Below the pieces are notes generated by a model that was not told the DNA's origin, did not search any database, and saw nothing but the letters and a program-made list of their open reading frames with translations. Of a stretch of 64,000 bases of DNA, positions 54,849 through 64,000 are shown piece by piece. The translations under genes and the position numbers were made by a program. Source of the DNA: a virus; IMG/VR virus record IMGVR_UViG_3300037247_001689, positions 32,001-96,000 of that record; one strand, 5' to 3'. How positions within the stretch are numbered: the first letter of the stretch is position 1; every line of letters starts with the position of its first letter.

Positions 54849-55055
54849 TCATATCATAGCTGGTAAATTAATTACTTTTGATGACTGATAAAATCCATAG
54901 TCTCGCGTTACGTTCGGTATAGAATCAATTTTTGTAATCTTACCACCTTGGTTAATATATTTTCTAACGGCAGCTTCTACAAATTTTATATCTGGATTGA
55001 ATAAAATCTGTTTTTTCTTCCTTCTCTTTGGTTTATTTTCGTATGTTAAATCCAT
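54849..55055 (-). CDS. small protein with SutA-like motif
   Basis: VEAAVRKYINQGGKITKI. Confidence 0.55.
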   Translation of the reverse strand: MDLTYENKPKRRKKKQILFNPDIKFVEAAVRKYINQGGKITKIDSIPNVTRDYGFYQSSKVINLPAMI

Positions 55056-55078
55056 TTGGTTCCTTTTGTTTGTTTAAT

Positions 55079-55360
55079 TTAATCGATCACACCTTTTTTG
55101 AAATACTGTTCGTCATCCGCACCTGAATCAGTGATACATCCCGACCTTGAAAGTTGTGGAAGAGGATTTTTATAATCCTCATTGTTATCAGCTAATGGAC
55201 ACGCTAAATCCAGTTCAAACACTTTTGCAGGATATGCGGTTATCATATTTTGCTTTCCGTAGAGTTCCAGACCTGCACTTCTGCACTTCTTAAAAGCCTT
55301 TACAAGTTCATTAAAAGCTTTTTTCTGCTTGTCTGTTATTTCGAATTCTTCTATTTTCAT
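55079..55360 (-). CDS. hypothetical protein
   Basis: GGAG SD; overlap with the upstream stop. Confidence 0.7.
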   Translation of the reverse strand: MKIEEFEITDKQKKAFNELVKAFKKCRSAGLELYGKQNMITAYPAKVFELDLACPLADNNEDYKNPLPQLSRSGCITDSGADDEQYFKKGVID

Positions 55361-56127
55361 TTCTCCAATTCCCGTAAAAGTATTTTAGTAATGGATACCT
55401 GACCTTTGCCGGTTACCATTATTTTTTGGCAAAGTTGATTTTTTGTTTCGGTTCCATTTTTGATAGGAACTTCTGTCGTGTATTCGTCGAATATAAACCA
55501 TCCGTATTTCATTACATGCTGGTAGGGTTCGTTTACATTTTTTTCATTATATCTGAAATATTTCAAATCCCTGAATTTTTGGAATAATTGCTTAGGACCA
55601 ATCTCATAACCATTTTTACTTAGGTGTTTTGCAAATGCGCCAACTGAAATTGTATCTGTTGTTTCTTCCATGTGTTTTGCAAATGCAATCTGAGGTTCAG
55701 CTTCTTTTAATTCGAGCTGAAGCTTTTCTTTTTCTTCTACTTCATGGACTAATGCGATTAGAGCTTCCTTGTAGCTTTGTGGTAGTTTTGGGATGTTTTG
55801 CTGCGCCAAACTTTTATAATGAAGAAATGAGTTCACAACTTTTTGTTTAAATTCAACTGCCTTTTCCGTGTTCCTTGAAAGAGTTCCAAGGAAAGTTGTT
55901 TGCCCTTCATTTAAGAAACAGATGTTTTCCTTCTGGCAACTGTCTGAATTTAAAGAAGGTGCGATTTCAAATCCGACCTTGCCATATCTTTCCATTCGTT
56001 CTAAATACTTTCTTACGGTTTTTACAACTGAAGAATTATCAACACCTAATCCGTCTGCAATTTGGCGTGATTCCATTTTCAATTCTCCGTCAATTTCTTC
56101 TAATGGTATTAAATCTTTTTCATTCAT
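55357..56127 (-). CDS. Rha-family / AntA-KilAC antirepressor
   Basis: ESRQIADGL..LNEGQ.TFL..RNT..VEFK (Rha); LPQSYKEAL; SVGAFAK..LFQ..PYQ..VTGKGQ (KilAC). Confidence 0.9.
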   Translation of the reverse strand: MNEKDLIPLEEIDGELKMESRQIADGLGVDNSSVVKTVRKYLERMERYGKVGFEIAPSLNSDSCQKENICFLNEGQTTFLGTLSRNTEKAVEFKQKVVNSFLHYKSLAQQNIPKLPQSYKEALIALVHEVEEKEKLQLELKEAEPQIAFAKHMEETTDTISVGAFAKHLSKNGYEIGPKQLFQKFRDLKYFRYNEKNVNEPYQHVMKYGWFIFDEYTTEVPIKNGTETKNQLCQKIMVTGKGQVSITKILLRELEK

Positions 56128-56158
56128 TTCAGTACTCCATCCTTATTAAAATCATTGG

Positions 56159-56452
56159 TTAAGTTTTAGTACCAGGAATTTTAGCCCATGCAGGACTGAA
56201 TGTAATAGCCTTCTCCCAACTCACACAATATGGAACTACTTTATCAAAGTAATTGCGCTCCGCCCCAAAATTACCGTCTTTTAATCTTTCAGACTTGTAT
56301 TCATCCCAAGATAATTCTCTCCATTTGTCGCCAGTTCGCTTTAGAATGACCATCACATTCAATGAAATTGTTTCATATTCGCTTTGATTAAAAACACAAC
56401 TCCAAGGATGTTCTTTCAAGAAATCACTTGGCTTAATCATGTTGTTGTCCAT
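56159..56452 (-). CDS. hypothetical protein
   Basis: AAGGAG SD. Confidence 0.7.
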   Translation of the reverse strand: MDNNMIKPSDFLKEHPWSCVFNQSEYETISLNVMVILKRTGDKWRELSWDEYKSERLKDGNFGAERNYFDKVVPYCVSWEKAITFSPAWAKIPGTKT

Positions 56453-56493
56453 CTAAATCTCCTTTAAAATATTATCAAAATCATTAAGTAATA

Positions 56494-56925
56494 CTACAAT
56501 ATTAATTGGATATCTTCTTTTGAAAACTCTGATCTTATTTCTTGGTATGGAAGTTTAAATTCTTCCGACAATTCTCTGCATTGATCATCTGTTAAAATCG
56601 GTAAGTCTGGAAATTCTTCAAAATCTGACATACAATATCTTTCAATAAAATTTCTTAAAGGAATCCTGTCTTCTTTACTGAACTCTATTAAATTATAAGC
56701 ATGTTTTTTCATATTATCAGTAACTGCCACCTTATATTTTTCATTACTATCAGAGATTTTTTTATTAAACTTTTTGGTTTCGATATCGTATTCAGACTTT
56801 CTTTTCTCTTGCTCTGCTGCAACCTCAAGCATGATCTCAAGCCCTTTTTTGGCCAATTCTTTACATTGCTGAATAGTGATTTTGTCATTTGTGGATATTT
56901 CTTCTAAGATGCTGTATAAATTCAT
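56494..56925 (-). CDS. hypothetical protein
   Basis: CAGGAG SD. Confidence 0.7.
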   Translation of the reverse strand: MNLYSILEEISTNDKITIQQCKELAKKGLEIMLEVAAEQEKRKSEYDIETKKFNKKISDSNEKYKVAVTDNMKKHAYNLIEFSKEDRIPLRNFIERYCMSDFEEFPDLPILTDDQCRELSEEFKLPYQEIRSEFSKEDIQLIL

Positions 56926-56993
56926 TTTGGTTCTCCTGTTGTGGTTATTAATTAATTCAAGTTAAACTAACCTAAATTAATGTTAACAAACTG

Positions 56994-57164
56994 TCAACTT
57001 TTAATTAATAAAAAATCTATTATTTTTTGTATTGACTTAGAAAACCCGTCTTTAGCCCACCTTGTAATAGTTGATTTGTCTACCTTAAGCTTTTCAGCTA
57101 GTTCAACATTGGTCTTACATCCCATTGACTGCTTTAATCTTTCAATTCTTAATTTGTTGTCCAT
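56994..57164 (-). CDS. XRE/Cro-like HTH regulator
   Basis: TNVELAEKLKVDKSTITRW; AAGGAG SD. Confidence 0.85.
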   Translation of the reverse strand: MDNKLRIERLKQSMGCKTNVELAEKLKVDKSTITRWAKDGFSKSIQKIIDFLLIKS

Positions 57165-57172
57165 GATCTCCT

Positions 57173-57673
57173 TTAAATTTCCACCACACATTCAACTACA
57201 AATTGCCCCGCAATTGAATGAATGAATTTCTGATGGATAAAATGATCCTTATCTTTTACCTGGTTGTATTTTTCTTTATCAATTAGAAACGATTTCTTAA
57301 TTAACGGTTTATTATGCGCTCCCGGGATAGAAAAAGTTCCTCGAATTTTCACCATATCCTTTTTCCCGTTCAGGAGAATATGATTATTACCGGATTCTAA
57401 ATCTTCAATGAGACTATCAGGGCAATCTTTAAACTCCTTTGTATGCCTTTTTTTGGTCAAAACATAACCTCTTTTCGGCAACAGAAGTTTTTCAAGGGTA
57501 TCGACTTTTTTAGATTTCAACCGTGACCGGATCACATCTTTATCAATTCCGCTTTCAATAGCCTCTACAGTCTGCAATAATTTGCTTTGAGTTAGCCAAC
57601 GGTTGTCAAAGTACCTGATTAAATCCCCTCTTGTTTTATCGGACTTTTGAGGTGGTTTTGTTTGGAGTTTCAT
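57173..57673 (-). CDS. hypothetical protein
   Basis: ORF track; ATGA overlap. Confidence 0.65.
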   Translation of the reverse strand: MKLQTKPPQKSDKTRGDLIRYFDNRWLTQSKLLQTVEAIESGIDKDVIRSRLKSKKVDTLEKLLLPKRGYVLTKKRHTKEFKDCPDSLIEDLESGNNHILLNGKKDMVKIRGTFSIPGAHNKPLIKKSFLIDKEKYNQVKDKDHFIHQKFIHSIAGQFVVECVVEI

Positions 57674-58176
57674 CCAGTTTCTGTCGGTATGAAGTTAATT
57701 GCAAGCTGCCGGTATGAAATTAAAACACCAATCAAGGTAAAATAATCAATCGGTCTATGAAGGAAATCACCGGTTTCACCAAGGAAAACCATTTCCGAAT
57801 CATTTATATCGATAGAAATGCATCCTTCTTTATTGAAAGTTGCAAATTCTAATGGTTCATCAGTTTTATCCTGCTCCCATCCGTTTATTCTAAGGAAATA
57901 TAGGCAGCGTTTCATTTCTTTTTGTTGATAAGTTGGTGTATTAGAGATTTTATTTTCAATTTCCCTTTTCCTGTTTGCAGCTTTCCATGACCCGTCACAT
58001 TTAGAACATTTAAAAGCTGTATTTGGTTTGTGACCAACCCCTAGAAGTTCTCCAAAAAGAGTACATCTTTTTCCTAAATAAAGATGGATGCATGTGATAT
58101 TATCATCATTGCAGTATCTGTCGTTATCAAAAATGTGCCATCCTTCTTCAATTTCTATATGTTGTTTTTCTTCCAT
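57670..58176 (-). CDS. hypothetical protein, Cys-rich N-terminus
   Basis: C..C..CTLF..CSKC. Confidence 0.65.
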   Translation of the reverse strand: MEEKQHIEIEEGWHIFDNDRYCNDDNITCIHLYLGKRCTLFGELLGVGHKPNTAFKCSKCDGSWKAANRKREIENKISNTPTYQQKEMKRCLYFLRINGWEQDKTDEPLEFATFNKEGCISIDINDSEMVFLGETGDFLHRPIDYFTLIGVLISYRQLAINFIPTETG

Positions 58177-58196
58177 TTTTAGTTATTAGTTAAAGT

Positions 58197-58598
58197 TTAA
58201 AAACAAGTTTGCCCTGATTTAATTAAATTATCATCCTTCTTTTGATTAAGTTCTTTTTCGTGATCTTCAGAAGATTGAAAAGCTGTGCAAGTAGGTTTTT
58301 TATCAACATAACACCATTCATCGCGTTGGGTATCGGTCATCATGTCACCCCAAATCATACAATGTGGGGGATTACCATCCTTTCCCATTTTAGCGCAAAC
58401 TTCACAGAACTGGTCTTCAAAAAACATTTGCTCAGTTCCGTTTGATGGCTGGTAGTGTTCTATTTTTATCAAATTAAGATTGATCTCAAAATAATTAACC
58501 CACCCTTTGATACAATCAAACGTTCGTTTATTATCTCGTTTACAATTTCCATCTGATTCTAAATTGTAGTGTCTGCATTGTTCTTTGTCGCATTTCAT
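58197..58598 (-). CDS. Cys-rich hypothetical protein
   Basis: YQPSNGTE..FCEVC..PTCTAF; start at ATG 58598. Confidence 0.65.
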   Translation of the reverse strand: MKCDKEQCRHYNLESDGNCKRDNKRTFDCIKGWVNYFEINLNLIKIEHYQPSNGTEQMFFEDQFCEVCAKMGKDGNPPHCMIWGDMMTDTQRDEWCYVDKKPTCTAFQSSEDHEKELNQKKDDNLIKSGQTCF

Positions 58599-58599
58599 C

Positions 58600-58859
58600 T
58601 TAAGCCTCAATTTTTGGATTCACCTTTTCTAATTTCCACCCTTCACAATTCTTCATATTCCCGTGGTTGTCCCAATCAGTAATATTTTTTTACACCCTAC
58701 GATAGAAAGCCAATCTTCATATTCTCCCATGATTTTATCCCCACATGTACTACATGATTTAGTCGCTGGATTATTCGGGCATTTACTCTCATGATCTATC
58801 ATTATTGCTTTATACTTATCAAACTTACCGCAAAAACTACATTTGTATCCTTCTATCAT
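58600..58859 (-). pseudogene. zinc-finger gene frameshifted in an A7 run
   Basis: Paralog of 21440; the -1 frame after 58685-58691 gives NITDWDNHGNMKNCEGWK.. ending at 58600. Confidence 0.55.
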
Positions 58860-58870
58860 TTTATTTCTCT

Positions 58871-59314
58871 TTAAGGTTTAACTAATTCAGTGTGCTGGTT
58901 TGAATTTCCGACCACTTTCTTTTTAAACTCGTTAATCCAGCTTTGCTTAATGCTGCAACCTGTAACAAATTCTCTACGAGGTATAAATTCAGCAGTAAAA
59001 CATGCATCATGGTCGTCATATGAAATAACATGCCGATTGTTTTCTTCTGATTCGATTACGTCATTTTCATAGATATGAACCCCTTTCCATTCTGAAGGAA
59101 AATTGCCCCTTAAAGTCCAATCCCCTCTCTGTTTTTCGGTTATTTCCTGCCAAGTAGTAGTGTCATGAAGCCCTGTCCATTGTTCCAATATCGAGCTGTT
59201 CCCACCATCAACTGAAAGCTGATATTCAGCGAAAAAACCGGCTAAATATTCAAACTTATCAGAAAACGTATAAACATCGTTGAATGGATCGTAGTATCTA
59301 AATTTCTTTTTCAT
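58871..59314 (-). CDS. YopX family protein
   Basis: KFRYYD..EQWTGLHD..IYENDVI..VVGN. Confidence 0.85.
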   Translation of the reverse strand: MKKKFRYYDPFNDVYTFSDKFEYLAGFFAEYQLSVDGGNSSILEQWTGLHDTTTWQEITEKQRGDWTLRGNFPSEWKGVHIYENDVIESEENNRHVISYDDHDACFTAEFIPRREFVTGCSIKQSWINEFKKKVVGNSNQHTELVKP

Positions 59315-59328
59315 AATATGTTTAATGG

Positions 59329-59643
59329 TTAGTGTTTAACTTCATGACAATCAATATTATATCCTGTTATATGCACCCTTTCAATCACAGTAACTCCTTT
59401 ATTATAACGCATTGAAAACGATTTACTTTGTGTCCTGCAATGATACCATTTTATGAATCCCCTGAAAATTTTGTATTTATCTTTTGGTGATTGAACTCCA
59501 CTTACATCCCATGAGAAATATTCACGCTTAAAAACTTTTCGATTTACATAAATCGATATTGTGGCTATGTACTCTTTTTTAATTTTTGACGGGTTTTTTA
59601 AATTATCAGGTTCTCGTTTTTTCTTCTTAAAAAAAATAAACAT
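59329..59643 (-). CDS. hypothetical protein
   Basis: ORF track; GAGAG SD. Confidence 0.6.
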   Translation of the reverse strand: MFIFFKKKKREPDNLKNPSKIKKEYIATISIYVNRKVFKREYFSWDVSGVQSPKDKYKIFRGFIKWYHCRTQSKSFSMRYNKGVTVIERVHITGYNIDCHEVKH

Positions 59644-59670
59644 AATCTATCTCTCTATTAATGGTTGGTT

Positions 59671-59907
59671 TTATTTACCGTAATTTCTGCCTTTAGTACA
59701 AATTAAATGTGAAATATCTCTTGTTATTCCATGATGAGTTGGTCTTAAATAATCTAACGGGCATTTATCACAATATTCATGTCCACATTTCACACCTGAT
59801 AATTTGACAATTATTTCCCTCGCTACTTCTAAAGCCTCAGCCTTTTTTTCTAATTCTATCACAGGTGCTAACGCTTCATACTCGTCCTTTGTTAAAATAA
59901 ATTGCAT
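59671..59907 (-). CDS. hypothetical protein
   Basis: AAGGAGG SD; C..YCDKCP..C. Confidence 0.7.
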   Translation of the reverse strand: MQFILTKDEYEALAPVIELEKKAEALEVAREIIVKLSGVKCGHEYCDKCPLDYLRPTHHGITRDISHLICTKGRNYGK

Positions 59908-59936
59908 AATCCTCCTTAATGGTTAATTGAAGTATC

Positions 59937-60467
59937 CTATTGTTTGCATTTTTCGCATGATTGAAATGGTTCGCAGTTACATTCTTTTATATTGTCTCTA
60001 AATTCATTAAATATTTTTTGTTTTTCAACAAACTCTTCCAAAATAATTCTATTATCTCTGTTCTTTAACCCAGAAATAGCAAAATCAAAACAAATTTTTA
60101 TGTTTGATAATACTTTATCAACAGTATCATTAGTAAAACCATTTTTGATTGATTTATGATATTTATTGTATATTTTATAAATATACATAATGAACTTTGA
60201 CTTATCTACTTTTGTGACTATTATTTTTGGTTTGTCTTTATCATTAATCATCTTATGACATCTTTCACAAACTGTTATAAAATAATTGTCTGGATAGTCC
60301 CACGGTTCACGACCATGAATGTATCCTTTATGGTGAAGCTGTATATTCATGTTCGTGGTGTCATTGCATACCCTGCATAAACTATCATCGCGTTTGAATA
60401 TTTCGAGCCTTTTCATCTGCCAACGTTTATCTTTAAATTTATTTGCGTACCAATCTTTTCCTTCCAT
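59937..60467 (-). CDS. HNH endonuclease-like protein
   Basis: RWQ.KR..IFKRD..CRVC..LHH..VCERCH. Confidence 0.85.
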   Translation of the reverse strand: MEGKDWYANKFKDKRWQMKRLEIFKRDDSLCRVCNDTTNMNIQLHHKGYIHGREPWDYPDNYFITVCERCHKMINDKDKPKIIVTKVDKSKFIMYIYKIYNKYHKSIKNGFTNDTVDKVLSNIKICFDFAISGLKNRDNRIILEEFVEKQKIFNEFRDNIKECNCEPFQSCEKCKQ

Positions 60468-61774
60468 TAATAATCTCCATAAGGTTCAAAAAGTGTATAC
60501 TCAGGTATAAATTTCTGCTTAAACATTCCAGTTCCACTTTCCCTTGATTTTCCAATAATTATTTCTGCTAAGTCAGGGGTTTCAGTTTTAGGGTTGTAAA
60601 CAATATCCCGATAAATAAACATGATAATGTCAGCATCTTGCTCAAATGATCCTGTACCTTTTAAATCTGACATTATAGGTCTTTTATTTGGTCTTTTTTC
60701 AAGGTCCCTATTCAATTGGGCTAATGCTATGACTGGGCAATTTATAGTCCTGGCTAAGCCTTTAAGACCCCTTGAAACGTCCTCAAGTGCTTCTAGTTTG
60801 TTTTTTTTAGGGTCCAGCCCGATTAATTGAGCGTAATCTATGCAAACCAGATCTAGTTTATTTTGTGAATTTAAATATATTGCCGATGAAATTAACTTAT
60901 CAAATTTCATATTTGGTTCATCAATGAAAGTTATATTATAATCTGACAATTCAGCAGCTGATCCATAAAATTTATCAAGTTCATATCTTTGAAGCTCTTT
61001 CCCTGATAAAAGATCACGGGTGTTGATTCTCGATTTTTGTGCCACCATTCTATTTATTAATTTTTCTTTACTACTTTCCAGTGAATTTACAAGAATATTT
61101 GGCTTGTTACTATGCAACGAACATCCATTTATTATATTCAATAAAAATGCGGTTTTTCCCATTGATGGCCTCGCGCCTATTATTATAAAGTCATCATCCT
61201 GTAAACCACCTGTTAAATTATCAAACTTTGCTATTCCGGTTTTTAAACCAGTATTTGTATTTGGGTTTTTTGCCCTTTCTTCAATATCTAGAACATATTC
61301 TGCTATAGCATCTTTTATTTTTGAATATTTTATCCCTTTTATGTTATAATTTTTAAGACCATCGTTTAATTTTAGAAGTATATCATCAGGGTCTGCGGAA
61401 AGTTGAGAACATTCCTTAGATATTTCATCTGTCAGCCTTATCAAATATCTAAGCTTATATTTAGATATCAATTCATTACAATATTTTGGGACTCCTGAGA
61501 TAGCAGGAAACGATTCTTGTAATTCAAGAATGTACGTCAGTGATGTGTCTCCACCCCTTTTGATTATTTCCTCATGTATTATAACTTCCTCTACAAATAT
61601 TTTCCCTGAAAATAAATATTTTATAACCTCAAATATTATCCTATTATCTGGAATAAAAAAACACTCTGGAGATAATAAATCCAAAACCTCTGGTATAATT
61701 TCGTTATTATAAATCATTGCTCCTAACACAGCCTCTTCTATTTCGATAGAATATGGTACTTGATTAACTTTCAT
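60467..61774 (-). CDS. dnaB: replicative DNA helicase
   Basis: PYSIEIEEAVLG; GARPSMGKT Walker A; SLE; IDYAQL; LAQLNR; DLKGTGSFEQDAD. Confidence 0.97.
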   Translation of the reverse strand: MKVNQVPYSIEIEEAVLGAMIYNNEIIPEVLDLLSPECFFIPDNRIIFEVIKYLFSGKIFVEEVIIHEEIIKRGGDTSLTYILELQESFPAISGVPKYCNELISKYKLRYLIRLTDEISKECSQLSADPDDILLKLNDGLKNYNIKGIKYSKIKDAIAEYVLDIEERAKNPNTNTGLKTGIAKFDNLTGGLQDDDFIIIGARPSMGKTAFLLNIINGCSLHSNKPNILVNSLESSKEKLINRMVAQKSRINTRDLLSGKELQRYELDKFYGSAAELSDYNITFIDEPNMKFDKLISSAIYLNSQNKLDLVCIDYAQLIGLDPKKNKLEALEDVSRGLKGLARTINCPVIALAQLNRDLEKRPNKRPIMSDLKGTGSFEQDADIIMFIYRDIVYNPKTETPDLAEIIIGKSRESGTGMFKQKFIPEYTLFEPYGDY

Positions 61775-62562
61775 AATTCCCTATGTGAGGGGTGTGTTAT
61801 TGTTTCAGTAATAGGTACATGTTCACTACTTTGCAATATTATTGAAGTGAAATGTTCCCTTATTTTCTTTGGACTTCTTAAGTTTGGTATCCATGAAAAT
61901 TTGTCCGTGCTATTAATCGGATTATGAGCAAAGTTTATCACTTTCTGAATATCAGAAGCTGATCTTTTATCTATCCTCATAGTATAATCAAAATCTAAAC
62001 ACCATTTTTGATAATTAGGTTCAGGATTATTTTCATCTGATTTTAATAAAACCTTGTATAAATATTTTGATAATTTCATTTCTAAACAATCGTCCGAAAA
62101 TTTGTTTTCTGACTTGTTAGTTAATTCTTTTTTATTATTAGTTGTTTTCTTTCTTCTTGTTTGTGGTTCACCTGATGGTTCACTAGGTAGTTCACTAGAC
62201 TGTCCGTTAGATGGTTCATCGTCATTTATGCTTGACTGAAATCTATCATAATTACAGATAGTTATAATAGAAGTTAGATGGTTCGGTTTATGACCAATCA
62301 TGTTGTCGTCCTCAAGCCGTTTTAGAAAACGTTTTACTTTATTTCTTGACCACTTCCAATCATCTGCCAATGTCTCTATTGATCTACCAGATTGACCACG
62401 TTCAAGTGTTATACGCTGGCCGTTCTTTTCAAAATATCCAGGTGAATGATTCGCATTTCCAAATAAATCAATCCAAGCTTGACCTTTTGTAAATTTCTCA
62501 GATTTCCACATTGAATTTTTAAACAAACTCCTATTAACAGCAAAAAAGTTTTTATTTGCCAC
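61771..62562 (-). CDS. phage replication initiator protein
   Basis: AWIDL..ANH..LERGQ..LADDWKWSR..V.RFL..L; ITICNYD; C-terminal MRIDKR..W..NLRSP.K.R; precedes DnaB; GTG start after the 62564 stop. Confidence 0.8.
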   Translation of the reverse strand: MANKNFFAVNRSLFKNSMWKSEKFTKGQAWIDLFGNANHSPGYFEKNGQRITLERGQSGRSIETLADDWKWSRNKVKRFLKRLEDDNMIGHKPNHLTSIITICNYDRFQSSINDDEPSNGQSSELPSEPSGEPQTRRKKTTNNKKELTNKSENKFSDDCLEMKLSKYLYKVLLKSDENNPEPNYQKWCLDFDYTMRIDKRSASDIQKVINFAHNPINSTDKFSWIPNLRSPKKIREHFTSIILQSSEHVPITETITHPSHREL

Positions 62563-62563
62563 A

Positions 62564-62749
62564 TTATCTACCCGTATATTTTTTAATTTCTTCCTTGGCT
62601 GAATCAGATAAAGGGGAATACCCATTTAATTGACCAGCAAAACCAGCATATGTAATATTGATGTCGGTTTTATCTTTAATAAAAGTGTTATAAAACCACT
62701 TCAAACTCTGTCCGTTTTCTTTTAATTTTTCTTTGAATTTCTTTTCCAT
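62564..62749 (-). CDS. small HTH-like protein
   Basis: GQSLKWF..ITYAGFAGQLNG; position upstream of the initiator. Confidence 0.55.
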   Translation of the reverse strand: MEKKFKEKLKENGQSLKWFYNTFIKDKTDINITYAGFAGQLNGYSPLSDSAKEEIKKYTGR

Positions 62750-62873
62750 AATAATATATTATTATCCTTAGACACGTTTAGTCAAATAAAAATCAAACAT
62801 TCTTACTATGAATAATATTCAAAAATAAAAACGTTTGAATGAATTAAATTAATAGTTCAATAATATCAGGTAC

Positions 62874-63182
62874 TTACGAACATCCCTGGGACGATGAGCA
62901 ATTTCTGCACACGAAACAAGTACCTGTGCGTAGAAAATCTGTACTCCCGCAAGTTCCACACGGTTCATGATCGCTAGAAGCAACCGGTTTAATTTCTTCA
63001 ACTTTATTCACTTTACCTTTTTTCGTCATAAAATCCGAAAGAGTTATAAAAGCTGTATCAATATTCCTTCTAAAAACTTCTTTCGTTAATTCTATGTCAT
63101 GCGTCTTACAGGATATAAATAAGCTTTCACTCTGAGCCATCGCTGTTGAAGAATTATCTTTAATATAATAATCATTAACCAT
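62874..63182 (-). CDS. small protein ending in an NrdJ-type C-terminal zinc ribbon
   Basis: CGTCGS..RTGTCFVCRNCSSSQGCS terminal motif. Confidence 0.65.
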   Translation of the reverse strand: MVNDYYIKDNSSTAMAQSESLFISCKTHDIELTKEVFRRNIDTAFITLSDFMTKKGKVNKVEEIKPVASSDHEPCGTCGSTDFLRTGTCFVCRNCSSSQGCS

Positions 63183-63189
63183 AAAATCC

Positions 63190-63248
63190 TTTGTTTGATA
63201 GTTACCAGCTAAATTTTTGAAAAGCGTAACCGAATCTTATCAAACAAA
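63190..63248 (-). promoter_or_regulatory. leader hairpin overlapping the RBS of 63182
   Basis: TTTGTTTGATA/TATCAAACAAA 11-bp stem plus GTTAC/GTAAC inner stem. Confidence 0.55.
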
Positions 63249-63364
63249 AGCCATAATCTGAAATTAATAACGTGCATGTTGTTTACTGTTTATTAGAAAA
63301 CTTTTCATTCTACGTTAAATAGTATTGGAATCATTACACATTTGAGCATTATTTAAACCGTTAC

Positions 63365-63847
63365 TTAAGAAACTGTTTGACAATTTCTTTTCCTGTTATT
63401 GCTTTTATTATTATTTTGTTCTGTGCTTGTTGCCCATTTGCAGTTCGATGGTTCATAATTTCCATCGTTATTCATTCTTTCTAACGAATATTTTCTAGAA
63501 GGTCTTTTACCCATATCCTTGTAAAAATTAATAAAGGAATTTACCCACCTGCCACACATTTGTATTCCTCTTCCTCCATATCGTTTATAGCTTTGGTTTT
63601 TCTTATTAGTGCACCTTTGCTTTGCACTCTTCCAAATAGCATATTCTGGCTTTCCAGAGTTGTTTGTGGTGTTTTTTCTATCATGGTCTTCAATAATTTT
63701 TCTGGTCAGTGGCCAGAAAAATTGGCATTCACCATCTTTTAAATCATAATCCTCATACAACTGTTCATCAATTGGTACTTCCTCGTGACGCCTGCATTCA
63801 CCAGATTTTATACAGTCATCATTTTTACACATTGTCATTCCAATCAT
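63365..63847 (-). CDS. HNH homing endonuclease fused to an N-terminal Cys domain
   Basis: EY.IW..KQRC.N..YGGRGI..C.RW..F..FYKDMG.RP..SLER.NNDGNYEPSNCKWAT..EQ.NN. Confidence 0.9.
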   Translation of the reverse strand: MIGMTMCKNDDCIKSGECRRHEEVPIDEQLYEDYDLKDGECQFFWPLTRKIIEDHDRKNTTNNSGKPEYAIWKSAKQRCTNKKNQSYKRYGGRGIQMCGRWVNSFINFYKDMGKRPSRKYSLERMNNDGNYEPSNCKWATSTEQNNNKSNNRKRNCQTVS

Positions 63848-64000
63848 GCTCTACCCGTTCTGTATAATTAGTATTTATTTCTTATCAATTTTAGGTAAAA
63901 CGGTAATTGTAAACTTTTTCTCGCCTTTTCTTTTAATGCCGAACATTACTAATTTCATTTTTATAACTCCTTGAAATATTTTGTTTCCATAATATCATCA

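Noticed and set aside
3179-61712. Many antisense ORFs inside long genes (e.g. 4224..4778, 26514..26879, 37726..38253, 61020..61349)
   Set aside because: Shadow frames of the coding strand, with no SD or recognisable motifs.
1-64000. CRISPR array, DGR/retron, integrase, terminase, portal
   Set aside because: No regularly spaced repeat-spacer array, RT motif, recombinase or packaging motif recognised in this window.

Overview
This is an AT-rich segment of a large tailed dsDNA phage or prophage with a contractile (myovirus) tail. The + strand of 29.1-51.4 kb carries an SPO1/Herelleviridae-like morphogenesis module: head closure protein, prohead protease, scaffold, major capsid, tail terminator, sheath, tube, -1 frameshifted tail chaperone, tape measure, baseplate and fibres. 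The - strand of 51.4-64 kb is an early/replication arm with a Rha-AntA/KilAC antirepressor, Cro-like HTH, YopX, two HNH proteins, DnaB and a replication initiator. The left 29 kb interleaves small early-type genes with head-associated genes: a MuF-like protein, a displaced head-tail adaptor, a long fibre protein and three 'polyvalent' proteins (1640, 307 and 966 aa). Terminase and portal are not in the window. An outer-membrane beta-barrel, several lipoproteins and an MltD-like transglycosylase suggest a Gram-negative host. The most notable candidate system is the trio of polyvalent proteins. They share an F-x-K-G-FVxxHTRKGKxVxxYFTK leader and a His-rich coil, carry different enzymatic cargo (pyrophosphatase-like, HAD, zincin/LPD1, JAB), and have [LMF]-x-K-[SAG] sites like those repeated in the scaffold and capsid propeptide. 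This suggests protease-matured, capsid-packaged, injected effectors. A repeated promoter/operator cassette also precedes the interspersed early islands. All family assignments come from motif recognition by eye; no database searches were run.
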